From Perkinsus chesapeaki ATCC PRA-425 (lineage: Eukaryota; Protista; Perkinsozoa): 64,000 nt of DNA. Made by a program: the position numbers and the translations under genes. The first letter of the stretch is position 1, and each line of letters opens with the position of its first letter. Below the pieces are notes generated by a model that saw only the letters and a list, made by a program, of their open reading frames with translations, was not told the DNA's origin and did not search any database. Below are positions 49,444 to 60,706 of this stretch, in pieces. The stretch lies in assembly GCA_013115145.1 (NCBI GenBank), contig JAAPAO010000128.1:1-64000 (forward strand), read 5' to 3'.

Positions 49444-51113
49444 ATGCTGTTCATGGTCGTTGCGGCCAGGCGAGGGCTCTGCACAACGAGACGGGTTGCT
49501 GCCGTTGTGAGCCAATTTCGCCGAGCATTTCCGAGATTGTTATCTGACAGGTGCTCAGTCGACATGGGGCTCGAACTCCCACGTCCCTGTCATCTTATCC
49601 TGGCGGGGAAGATCAGTACCCTTGGAAAGGAATCCTGGTGGGACAGTTTTCAGACGCGTAGCGCAGCATGCCCTCGGTTCAGCCCCCCGGTGGCCTTACC
49701 AGCTTGGGAAAGGCGCAAATGGTGACCATGGGTCACCGCTACAGCCATTTGTTTGGTGATGTAATCGGCGATGAGGTGGAGATAATTTCATCGAAGAAAG
49801 CACGAGCTCTGGAGAGCGCGAATGCGATGGCTGAAGGGTAGACCAAGACGCTCTCACTGATGTTGACTTGGGTTATGTTTAGGTTTTGGGACCGCCAAAA
49901 GGGCACATCTTTGGTGCGCGTCGATAATGAAGTTCTTTCGAGCTCTGATGCTGAACGAGTGAAGGAGCTTATGGATGAGAAAGACAAAACAGACGAGTAC
50001 ATGCGGAAGGCGCACGGAGAATGGAAACACCTCTTGGAAGCTTTCGGCGTTAATCGAGTCACGAAGCTGAGGAAGGTCGGCTCGCTCGTACTTTGCCATC
50101 GCGCACACGACTTGCCTCCGCCGTATTCGGGCCGAGCAGCGGAGCTCGTCGACGAGGTGAGGCGCGAATCGGATTGTGTCGATGAGCTGTCCCCTCAGGC
50201 CATGGTGGCTCGTGATTGGATCATGCGCACTCGGTATGAAGGGTTCAAGATTGGCCGAGTTGCTGGTGGGCGACTTCTACAATGGTTGATTAATGCTTAT
50301 TTTAACAAACCTAAGGGGCTCACGATCTTGTCTGGACATGATGCGAATTTATTTGCCCTGCAAAGTGTAGGTTCGCGCCGGACACCACTGCTGCTCTACT
50401 CTCACTTTGGTGTGAAGAGCATCATTGTTGTTACGTTATTATTGGTCTCCGACTATCTGTCTTCTTCAATCGCGCCATTCCTCGCCGATTCGGTATAGAG
50501 GCTGCGTCCTTCAGTGCTGAGTGATGAAAAGCCTGCTTGATTTACCTCATCATTAGTTCCCTCACCAACAAGCGGCCAAATGCATATATTGCCATATTGG
50601 ATATATTTTCAGTCCTTTCATCAATGCTAAGCTTTCGATGCGCCACTTTGCTTTCCGCTTCGTACCTCAGGCGGCACGTCCTTATGCCTTCCTTTGCGCA
50701 GTCAGCTCAAAGTGAACCCGTAGCGCGCCTCGAAGTCATTTGCAGGTCCTCGGCGTCGGTCGCCATAAGATCTTCGTTCCCAATTTCGCCGATTCCCTCG
50801 CGATGGAACTGTGGGTTGAGGAGGTGTCTGGCCGTCCCCCTACATCGTGGGTGACCTTTGAACGTCATTGCTATAAAACATTAGAATGCCCACACTTCAA
50901 GAACCAGTCAGATGCTTTCGCTCGAGGTGCTGGTGAGCCGTATTGTTGGTGCGAATAGGAGTTTGTTCAGGGGCGAAGCAAGCGCTGACTGATCCCCAAG
51001 ATGTACCGAAGTCTCTGGCCAAGAGGTTCGGAGAAGACAATGTTATTGCTTTAGTTGATCTGAGTCGGTATGAGAAGCTTGTTATGAGCTCGCCTGTCCA
51101 TCAAGCTGTTTGA
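49444..51113 (+). CDS. Histidine acid phosphatase (His_Phos_2, branch 2)
   Basis: MLFMVVAA...VAAV/VLSRHGARTP (RHGxRxP), GGLTSLGKAQM, SSKKARALESA, LSGHDANL (HD), VPNFADSLAMELW. Confidence 0.88.
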
Positions 51114-51623
51114 TGTCCTTTGAATGATTTGTGTCGTCAATGATGACGGGGAATGTCGCGCTGATTCACCATTTGCCCCACAGTCCCCCCGGCGCGGAAT
51201 TGCTCTGCGTCTCTGTAGCGAGGATCATTCAAGTGTATACTCATCATTTCTTTCACCAGAAGATGCACTCAATAGGTTTGCCGTTTCCTTGCCGCAAGTC
51301 CCGTGAAGGCTGATGGGAATGGTGTAGAATAATTGTTATTTGCTCTCTTGGGCATATAACGACGCCAATCGCCGGTTCCCTGCGCATGCGTGCATAGCTA
51401 AGTCCTAAAACCTAATATGGGAGAGTTGGAGAATAGCACAGAATCAAGAGAGACATTTTACTACTTCCTTCATCACATGCGAAGAAATCCTCATATGGTC
51501 GGGTAACGCTAGCAGTGTGATTCGGTGCGCATGTGACAGACTTGGAAATCTTACATTTCCTCAACGCTAGAGAGCAGCGCCGCGTCTCCGCCTTTCACCG
51601 TTGTCTCTAGTTGCCCGTATTTA

Positions 51624-52093
51624 ATGTCTGACGAGAACGAGAATCAATTTGGCCGCTACCAGCAGAGCGATAAGGATTCGCTGGACTGTAGGCAATATGC
51701 ACCTCCTCCAGTGTGGCAGTCTGTCTGCAGGGACCGGCATTTTGGCGCTCTTCATTTTCTGGGGCGTTTCTATTGCCTACTATACGATATTTCACTCGCT
51801 CATCTTCGTTGGCGGTACGGAATACCGCTGGGTGCTATTGGCGCTGTGGCTCGGTAAGGAAGGCATGGCGCTGCTTGGGAATGGGGAGGGCTCGTCAGGC
51901 ACGATACTCATCACGGTGACCCTGGTTGGGATTTGGACGCCTAAGAGAAGGAAGCTACGTGAAGAGGTACTATTGGGAGAGCTCAAGGTAGTTAAGGATC
52001 CACTAGGCTGGTCTGGGCGGACGTGTCACAATTGCCGAGTCGATGAAAATGAAGCAGGAGGAGGAGGCTCCCAAAGCCGAGGAGCAGCAATGA
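51624..52093 (+). CDS. Small membrane hypothetical protein
   Basis: Hydrophobic exons GILALFIFWGVSIAYYTIF, WVLLALWL, TILITVTLVGIW; last exon ...KAEEQQ*. Confidence 0.35.
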
Positions 52094-52512
52094 GCGGGCC
52101 GGTTGAATGAAGCATGCACGTTTACTTGATAATTTATGCACTTGTAGATCCCTTGAGAATTTGTGTTGATGGGAGGGGCACTCTGAATGGCAGGTTGTTT
52201 CTACTATTTGTTTCTCTATGGCATTTGATTCTAACTCTTCAGCCTTCCCAGTGGAAGCACCTTTGGCGTCAAGCCCATTAGAAGTTGTATTATCCGCCCA
52301 AAAAGTATTAAAGGGTGGGATCGAACCGGGGTGGACAGTGTGGCTTTCAGATTGTTTCGTACAAGTTATTGGCCTTAGAGCAGGACATGAAATATTTGGA
52401 GAAAAAGCGCGCTTGTTATCTACAGCGGAAGTAGGCTCCTTTCACAGCACTCATCCATTTAAGACGACCACTCAGGCTTGAGATCGCTCGGGAACTCCAG
52501 AGGAGGCAGCTG

Positions 52513-53798
52513 TTGGCCATGCCAGTTGGACAGCTTCCATTCGAACACATTGCCCAATTCCTTACCGACCGAGACATCGTTCGGCTATCGGCCACGAGTC
52601 GACACTATCACGCTGCCTGTTGCGACCCTATCAAGGGCAAACTATTGGTGCCACACATCGCTCATGGTGGTACCAGCAGCGTATCTTTTGGTCGAGCGGC
52701 CAGAGCTGTTCCTAGGCTTTGCTTGCCGAGTATACAGAGTCTGAAGCTGGACGCGAGGAAGCCTGGGGCTCACGGGATGTTGTCCGCGTTGGCCGGGCTT
52801 CAACCGGGTTCTGTCCCCAACTTGCGCATTTTGCGTGTTAACTGCGCGGCAGAAAAGGACCACTTCGTTGACAACTTGGTCGATTTCTGTTGTACTGTGA
52901 TGAAGGCTGATCAGCTCGAGTCTCTTCACATAAGTGGTATCCGAAGCTTCGATACGTTGTGTGCGATACTAGGAGCCCACAGTGCATCGCTCAAGACCGT
53001 GAGAGCAGACTATTTTGTGGCTGGCCATGAGGCCAGATTTGAGGAGGGCGCATTGCCCCTCATGCCGAGGCTTACATCGCTCGCGCTTGATGTTGCTGAT
53101 GTGACTGAGATTTCCTCCGCATTAGCGCTCAGGGTTCTGAGTGCCATCGAGGAGCCTGAGAAGGTGATGGCAGCATGGCTCCGGTGATGTAGTATATTCA
53201 GTCTCAGGTTCAGCGCTTGTATTTGCCGCACGTTGAAATCAGCGGTGATAGTAACCATGTGAGCCAGGTGGTCCAGGTGTTAAATCGTTTTACTGGCCTC
53301 AAGCAACTGGTACGAGGAGTCCTAAGTGTCGGGGGAGCTGTGTCTCAGGTCCTCAGATTTGCGTTCATGCCGGTCAGCATTAAGGAACTTGTACGAATGA
53401 GGGAAGTTGATTTGAGACATCTTCCAGCTGTTTGTATTTCTGATCACTTTATTGTTGCTATGGAGAGATGGGCGCCGTGGTGGCCGGCCATATCTGAAGT
53501 GAGTGCGCTGCCAGGTGGAGGTTAGTAATGCTGCTGCTGCTGCTGCTCCTGTTAGGTTTGGGAAAAGGAGGACAGCATAACGGGGCTGTCGGTATTCCAG
53601 GAGCAAATTGACTTCGAAGTCCTCGGCACAACTGCCGCTCGGGAATGGCTGAAATTGTCCCAAGAGCAAAAACGCGTTTGGGAGAACGAGATAGCGCCCA
53701 CTGTCCGCCGCTTGCACCAAGACGCGCGGAAGAAGTCTCCTCGAGAGGTCCCCCGATTAGGGACCAGAGTCCAGCAGTTCAGCCCTCCATCCGTATGA
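52513..53798 (+). CDS. F-box-like / LRR protein
   Basis: N-terminal LPFEHIAQFLTDRDIVRLSATSRHY; LRR-like LPSIQSLKL, VPNLRILRV, LESLHIS, LKTVRA, MPRLTSLAL; spliced to TGA 53796-53798. Confidence 0.7.
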
Positions 53799-55000
53799 GT
53801 TGGCGATGTCTTCAGGCTTTTTGCCGCATGTAAGATGATGATCGTTGGCCCTTATGGGCTAAAGGCAGGCGAACACGTCGTATTCGAGCGCAGCGCACGA
53901 ATAAGCCGCTAGCGTCTCGTTGATATCTTTGCAATTCTTTGATGCTGCTTTTCCTCCTGTTGTTGTTCAGTGTATTGACTGTATATTATATTGATACTTG
54001 CTGATTTATCGTCAAAGTAGTCGAAGAAGTTCTGAAAAGTGCGGCACTCTTCCAACTACAACCACCTTCTTGCGTTGTAGTGTTCGATGGACATTACCTG
54101 ATTGCTGCTTGTTAGGATCCCCTTTTGTCAGCTGGTATGGACCGGCGTGCCGGTCAATTGTCGGAAAGTGAAGTTATAACAGGTCTTCATGATGCTTATT
54201 TTTACCACGTTTTCCGGTTGATATCACCTTCGTGAACTCAGCAGGTTTGAGCCAATAGGCCTGAGGAGCAGGCATTTCTCACAATCGGCAAGTGCGTAAA
54301 ATTCATATGTTAAGGGAAAGAAAGGAGCACGTTCCTTATAGCAATGGTTTTATATGCAAGCTCAAGGAACGTTCATTATCCTTATTGGATTTCAGGTTCA
54401 ATTCCCGGCCGACTTGGTGTTAGATGCTAAGACTTGGGTTTTATAGTAAGTCCAAGATCCTCTGATTGGGAGCATAGAAACTCGTTGTTGACAAGTTCTT
54501 GATATATTGCATTTATTTGGAATACTGTCCGTCATGTTGTCCCATTCTCAGCGAAGCATCTTTCAAAGGGGAAGTTTCTAAGAAATTTCCCCTGAAAACT
54601 TTCACACTACTGGTCTTGCTTCCATCGGCTTATAAAGGCGCACGAGTTCTGAAACAAAAATTTACTATAGGACTCCTATAATAGGAGAAAGTATTGATTC
54701 TGTTGGACTAAGAGCAGGCAGTTGTGCTGCCTCTCCCTGGGCTTCACAGATATGCTCAATAATTCCTGGTTGTTACTGGAGCCGAAGCAGTTCGGGTATG
54801 TTGCTGTTATGCTTGCAGTGCCTTCCGTCATTCTCCTGTAGGCCCCTTAGCGCTTTACGCTTTTCACTTGGCGTGACCTTTCACCAGCGAGCCAAGGAGG
54901 TTCTCTTTTCACTGTGTCAAAAAACCTTAATACATTATAAATGGTTTGCGTTAGCGATGGAATGCTTGTGCGTTCAGTTTGAAGGATCAGAGTTATTCTC

Positions 55001-56413
55001 ATGGAACTCACGTCAGATGATATCTGGGGCTCGCCCATCCGAGGAGTGGCTTTGCGTGAAATCACCGCAAGGTTGTCTGTGTTTCGGAACTCTGAAGCAT
55101 CAGATGAATCATACCGATTGTCCAAAACGGTCGAGAAGTTAGATCTATTTTTAAGTCACTCATGGTCTGGTAGCCCTTTCTGGAAGCATATGACACTCGT
55201 TACCGTTCTGTATGTCAAGTTTGGTTATATTGCAATGCTCCTCACTGTTATACCATTATCAGTAGGTATTTACTTCTTACCCGTTTATAAAAGAGAGGCT
55301 GTTGTAGCCACGGAAGTACTCGGTGTGTTGGCCATGTTTCTCGGTATGTGGTTTGGTTATCTAGTCCCAAGCCGAACCAACAAGAAAATGGTGTTCCTTG
55401 ATAAATGCTGTATACCTCAAGTTGACGAGAAGGCGAAGAGGGAAGGGTTGAAGAACATGGAAGCCTACCTTAGTCGATCTGATACGCTGCTTATCCTTTG
55501 GACGCCCGAGTACTTCTCGAGGCTTTGGTGTGTCTTTGAGTTGGCTAGCTATCTTCGTAGTCATGGAGCCGACTCGATTCTGTGCTTGTCGGCTTGGTTT
55601 ATGCGGTTTTCTTACGTTGTCGTCTGGTGGGAGGTGTTCAGTCTTCTTGCTGCTGAAATCGCGAACGCCGCAATCCCAATCAAACAAGCACAGACGCTTT
55701 GGGGCGAATTCGTTGTGTGTTTAGTCGCTGAGGTCGCTATATCCATCGCTATATGTTTAATTGTGATCCTCTTCTGTATTCCTGCCAAGATGGAGTTGAA
55801 GAAGCAGGTTCAACAGTTTTCAATGCGGACAGCATACTGCACGCTCGCTGAAGATACTACTATGCTGAGCTCTCGAATTTCCGAGTGGTATGGCTCGAAT
55901 GAAAACTTTGATGAGTGTGTACGAAGTAGCTGGTCACGGGTAAACTCAGTAATGAAGATTCCAGAGCCTGCCTTATCGAGACCGGGAATTGCCTTCGTTA
56001 CCTTCCCTTATGTAATGGCCTTGTGGCCTCGTTTGCTTACTGCTTTGGCCTGGAATTATGGAAGCGAGGAAAATGGGTATTCATGGACTGTAATTATTCG
56101 GAGTACATTCATCATGTTTGTTCTACTAGCATGCCGCACACCTCTCTTCGTTGTGATGTCCTACCGCATAGGTAGCGCCGTATGGCTGAAGGGCAGTCTC
56201 GCTAAATGCATCAGTATCGCTATTATGGTGTTTTTTGCTCTTCTTTACGGTGGCGCTATGTTCGTTTCAGCGCAGGGAGTCTTAATCTTTTACGGACCCC
56301 AGACGCCAGTTCTATTCCCGCAAAGTCCCTGGGCGTGGCTATTCATCACACTACCGATATTGGCCGTTGCATTGGTGTGCTGGACCCACTTTCCCCGCAG
56401 CTTGCATCATTGA
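55001..56413 (+). CDS. Intronless polytopic membrane protein with TM-interrupted TIR-like domain (copy 1)
   Basis: 470-aa ORF; LFLSHSW, two TM helices, VFLDKCCIPQ, SDTLLILWTPEYFSRLWCVFELAS, further TM helices. Confidence 0.8.
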   Translation: MELTSDDIWGSPIRGVALREITARLSVFRNSEASDESYRLSKTVEKLDLFLSHSWSGSPFWKHMTLVTVLYVKFGYIAMLLTVIPLSVGIYFLPVYKREAVVATEVLGVLAMFLGMWFGYLVPSRTNKKMVFLDKCCIPQVDEKAKREGLKNMEAYLSRSDTLLILWTPEYFSRLWCVFELASYLRSHGADSILCLSAWFMRFSYVVVWWEVFSLLAAEIANAAIPIKQAQTLWGEFVVCLVAEVAISIAICLIVILFCIPAKMELKKQVQQFSMRTAYCTLAEDTTMLSSRISEWYGSNENFDECVRSSWSRVNSVMKIPEPALSRPGIAFVTFPYVMALWPRLLTALAWNYGSEENGYSWTVIIRSTFIMFVLLACRTPLFVVMSYRIGSAVWLKGSLAKCISIAIMVFFALLYGGAMFVSAQGVLIFYGPQTPVLFPQSPWAWLFITLPILAVALVCWTHFPRSLHH

Positions 56414-56924
56414 TAAGTCATTATTTCATCCTTATTTGTCGAGGTTTAAAATTATAGGCAGGTCTTTTGTAAGATACGTGTATTGAGTTTAGTTTTCTCC
56501 GTTTTTGGGCATTGGTAAAGTGACATTAGTTATTTGAAATATATAATATATTTCGAAATCGGTGTTCCTTGTTGGCAAGAAGCTTTTGATTGTATGGCAA
56601 GTAAGGCCTTGAAATTTCTGTTGGCATCTAAATAAGTCAGAATGTGACCAGTATGATATCGAAGGAGTAAGAACAGACCTTTCCTGAGGGTGAGGTGCTA
56701 GCCCTCCGAACCATGAGACGAGAATGGTGGGAGTTTAAGTCCAAGAACCGGGATCGAGATCTGAAGTTTTAGCTGTTCTGTATTGCAACTTAATGGTTGA
56801 ACCACCTTCTTCAGATCAAATACTGTGCAGGTGATTAAGTTCTTCTCGTTCTGATCACTCTTTTGGTTCCAGAGTGTCAAAACCTCATACTTGTTACCTC
56901 TGCGGTCATGCGTCCACCACCTGT

Positions 56925-57253
56925 CGCCCAGCAGGCTGCTGGGCGTTTGCCGACGCAGCTGCTGGCAGCAGCTGTGTCGGCAAACGTCATAAGAGTCTCT
57001 TATTGAGAGATGACATCAAGCACATCTCTGAGATGTGATAAGTATTTCCGAAATACTATGTCGCCTGAATCCTCCGAACTTCGGAGTCTTCGGAGTCCGA
57101 AGACTGGGGAGTTCCCAGTGGGGACTGTGACACAGTCGCTGTGTCCGACATTCAATATCGGGCTTCACAAGGGTACAGTAGCTCGCATGGAGAAGTACAT
57201 ACCGAGAGGCTTCGTGCCTTTTTCCTGGAAGAACCCTCCCGGAGGGTCCCTCC
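56925..57253. repeat. Dense array of sequence-unrelated palindromes with 1-nt centres
   Basis: Arm lengths: 10 (56925), 21 with one mismatch (56944), 7 (56989), 8 (57021), 8 (57041), 7 (57072), 9 (57086), 7 (57123), 7 (57233), 6 (57241). Confidence 0.95.
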
Positions 57254-57299
57254 CCGTCTAATACGGGGGGGGCGGAGGAGGTCAGCCTAAAACGGCTTT

Positions 57300-58600
57300 G
57301 GATCCCGTCACCTTGCCATCAGCCAGCGAGATTGGCAAGGAGTTTAGCACGCTCAATTTTCTAAACCAGCACGATACAGCCAGATACTTGAGCGACTTGC
57401 TGAGGATCAGGGAGTGCTAGACTTGCTCAAGCTCACCCAGGACGCCGCCTGTGCAGCTAAGCCTCCTGCTGCGGTTCCTATGCCCCGCGTGAAGTCCTAT
57501 GTATCCACCTTGGACCTTCCCCAGCGTAAGCTCGAGAAGCTTGCTGGTAGTATCGATAGAGACTCATGGAGCTCTGTGCTCCCGCAGAGGTCACCCATAC
57601 GGTCCTCCTTGTCGGACTGTGAGCTGAACTTTGTCCTACGGAACCCAAGGATATGTTCAGCTCTGTTTGCAAGCACTTCGAACTTCAATCTACCTCCAGC
57701 AGCTCCAGCAGCACCAATAGCACAGAAGGGTCACAGAGACTCGTGTTCGGGATGGACTTCGGTGGTGGCACTAATAAGGTAGCCGTACGTCCTGTGGGAC
57801 TATCCGATGGACATGGCTGTTTGGTTGTGCTGGACAGCAGGAAGGACTCGAGGCTCACCACAAAACAGATCGTTCATGAGTTGAAACGGCTCGAGCAGTG
57901 GTTCCACTTGTTTCAATTCTGATAACGAACAACAGTTTTCGGCCGGGACATCATCTAACGCCTGATGGTTATGCGCCGCATGATATTTCTTCCCGACGAC
58001 ACCGCATAATATGCTAAGGTCTGGACCAGACCATCTGGGGCATGCAGGAATCAACTGGAAGATCTTCGGTCAGATAAGCTGCATCTATCTCCGGGAGATG
58101 ATCTCCCACCAACCCTATTGCAGGAAGCACTCCCACCAAGACTGACGTCTTGTGCTACTCCGGGTCCCGGAGTCCGGGAATGACTGCAAAAGGATCCTAG
58201 AGTCTAGGACCTAGACAAATCGGATACTACTGCGCCCGCTCTCGAAGGCTTGGAGAAGTGGAAAGATTCATGTAAGGTCCCGGTAGCTACGTGTTTGCTC
58301 ATGAAAGGGCTGATGGCTGCGCATTCTGCGGAGTCCCGTTAATGATTTCAACAATGCGTACGTTTCTGCAGGATACAATTCGAGTCTGATTATTCATTAA
58401 ATGAATTTCATTTGCTGTTGGTCCATACAGTCGAGCTCTATATGGCAGCAGTGATGGCTTGCGACTAGTGACTGAGGAGTTGTCAGAGCAAGTACACTCG
58501 GCGGTGAACACAGTCATTAGACGATCACAGATGGGATCCAATTTGCTCGGTCCAATGGCCATGTGGAACTGGCAGTATTCGCCTGATGAAGCCTCGGAAT
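57300..58600 (+). mobile_element. Decayed DDE transposase-like relic (Transib/RAG1/Chapaev-like motifs)
   Basis: Frameshifted fragments in the expected order: RLVFGMDFGGGTNKVAV, IFLPDD, FHLLLVHTVELY, GLRLVTEELSEQVHSAV. Stops and frameshifts between them; no terminal inverted repeats identified. Confidence 0.4.
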
Positions 58601-58743
58601 CCGTCGATTACCTTATCCCCGGGAGCCCTAGTTACAGGCCGGAGCGGAACCGGAAAGGGGATAGCATTATCTTCCCAAGTTAATCTCAGTTCTACCTCTC
58701 AGCCTTCCACTCGGTTTCAGTCAGGTGGTTCGGAGTATGTTGA

Positions 58744-58874
58744 TGGAAGGGAGTCCAACAGTAAATAATTCTTTCGAGTCGAAAGAATTATTTACTGTTG
58801 GACTCCCTTCCAATCACAATCACACACAATCACAGTAAGTTAGTCGAAAGTTTCGACTAACTTACTGTGATTGT
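58744..58874. repeat. Two long perfect palindromes
   Basis: 34-bp arms with central G (58744-58812) and 24-bp arms with central G (58826-58874); both cores contain TCGAAA/TTTCGA. Confidence 0.97.
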
Positions 58875-59215
58875 TGCACCGATAAAGATTCGTTCCGAAC
58901 GCGAATATTCTGAGGAAAATAGCTAAAACAAGATTAACAGCTAAAATTTTAGATTAGTAGTGTGGACCACTGATTGCTCACGACTCCCGCGTAGGCAAAC
59001 CCTGGCAGTTGTTAAGGATGCGACACACATTCTGTCACACTGCGTGAACAGTCACAGCGTGACTGTGCCCCACCGACAGAAGTTCTGTCGCTGCGAAATG
59101 CTCGAAGCCCCTGGGATTTAAGTGGTAGCCTTCATCATTGCGAGGTACATGTCTTTTTGTTGTGGGCTTTCGCTGCTCTATTCTTCAGTCCTCTTGGCAG
59201 TATATTCCTTTTTAT

Positions 59216-60706
59216 ATGGCTGATCCTAATATCGGCGTTGAAGGACCCCCAGAGTTACGAATGCGGAGCTCGAGCGACGTGTCGGACCTCGCCCAGCTGC
59301 TACGAGGAATACCTGCTAGTGTTATCGCAGCTAACTGGTCTCTTTTCCGTGATCCTGGAGCTGATCGCTCTACATATGATCTGTCCCGACCTGTTAATAT
59401 CTTGGACGTTTTTATTAGCCACTCATGGTCAGGCAGTCCACTGTGGAAGCAGATATCATTTCTAACTACCCTTTACCTCCGGGAGGGCTATATTGCTATG
59501 TTTATCGTTGTTATTCCTTTATCTATTGGAGTCTATGTATTACCATCTCACCAGGAGCTCGCGTCTGTCCTGGTTGAACTTGTTGGTGTCATTGCTATGT
59601 GTCTTGGTGTGGTGTATGGGTATCGGTTGGTCAAGAAGAAGTCGGAAGATATGGTTTTCCTGGATAAATGTTGTATACCACAAGATGATCCTGCCGCCAA
59701 GGAGCGGGGTATATGCAGTATAAGCGTTTTTCTACACCATTCGAGCAGGCTTATGATACTGTGGAGCCCAGACTACTTCTCACGGCTCTGGTGCGTATTC
59801 GAATTGGCATCCTTTCTTCGAGCACATAGCCCCGATGCTATTGTACTAGTATCCACATTGCAAAGCCGTTTTTGTATATCCGTCACTATCTGCGAAATTG
59901 CTGTGCTCGTGACGGTCATCCTAAGCGATCTGTTGTTCAAAATCCATCCATTAGCATTCTATGCACCACTCGTGGTCCTCATTGTACTAGAAGTCATAGT
60001 GACTTTTGTCATATGCGTTGAGGTTATTTCTGGATTCGTGCCGGCGAAGTCTAAGATCAACGAACAAGTGGAATCCTTTCGAGTGAGTGAGGCCCAGTGC
60101 TCCCTCCCCGAGGATAATCGTGTCCTTCGTGAAACCATCGCTCAATGGTATGGATCTGAATCACAGTTTGAGGACAGTTTACGTGACAACTGGCCTCGCT
60201 TGGGTGCAACTCAAATTCCGGAATGGGCCCTGAGTCGGCGCAGCGTAGGGATCGTCATGTTCCCGTATATGATTATTTGGGCTCCGCGTATTGCGTGTCT
60301 CATATCTACGCCGACTCTGATGCCCAGAGAGCAGTGGTGGTTGTACGTTAGAGATGTCCTTATTGCGTGTGTCATGCTTGCTTGTCGAACACCGTTATTC
60401 GCTTTTGTTGCATGCAAACTAACAACCTCAGCCGGACGACATGGAGTACCAAACTGGATCGTCATTGTCGTGGTGCTTGTATTTGGGGTTTTGTATGATG
60501 CTACTGAGATTGTTGGAGGAGGGGTAGCCCTGTTCGACTCGAGCCTCGCAACTCGGTTCAAGCTCCCTGAACCCTATGGCTGGGTGTTCGTCATTCCTGC
60601 TTGTGGTTGCCTACTTGCTATTTGGTGGACTTATCGTGGTCTCACATTTTGTTCAAGGCGCCGATCGACACCTCAAAAGATCGTCAGTACAGAAAACTCA
60701 CTTTAA
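59216..60706 (+). CDS. Intronless split-TIR polytopic membrane protein (copy 2)
   Basis: ORF 59138-60706, likely ATG 59216; VFISHSW, VFLDKCCIPQ, SRLMILWSPDYFSRLWCVFELAS, FRVSEAQCS...WYGSE..FE; paralog of copy 1. Confidence 0.8.
   Translation: MADPNIGVEGPPELRMRSSSDVSDLAQLLRGIPASVIAANWSLFRDPGADRSTYDLSRPVNILDVFISHSWSGSPLWKQISFLTTLYLREGYIAMFIVVIPLSIGVYVLPSHQELASVLVELVGVIAMCLGVVYGYRLVKKKSEDMVFLDKCCIPQDDPAAKERGICSISVFLHHSSRLMILWSPDYFSRLWCVFELASFLRAHSPDAIVLVSTLQSRFCISVTICEIAVLVTVILSDLLFKIHPLAFYAPLVVLIVLEVIVTFVICVEVISGFVPAKSKINEQVESFRVSEAQCSLPEDNRVLRETIAQWYGSESQFEDSLRDNWPRLGATQIPEWALSRRSVGIVMFPYMIIWAPRIACLISTPTLMPREQWWLYVRDVLIACVMLACRTPLFAFVACKLTTSAGRHGVPNWIVIVVVLVFGVLYDATEIVGGGVALFDSSLATRFKLPEPYGWVFVIPACGCLLAIWWTYRGLTFCSRRRSTPQKIVSTENSL

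Noticed and set aside
56925-57253. Palindrome array as a CRISPR or REP-like array
   Set aside because: No shared repeat sequence, no regular spacing, no cas genes, eukaryotic context.
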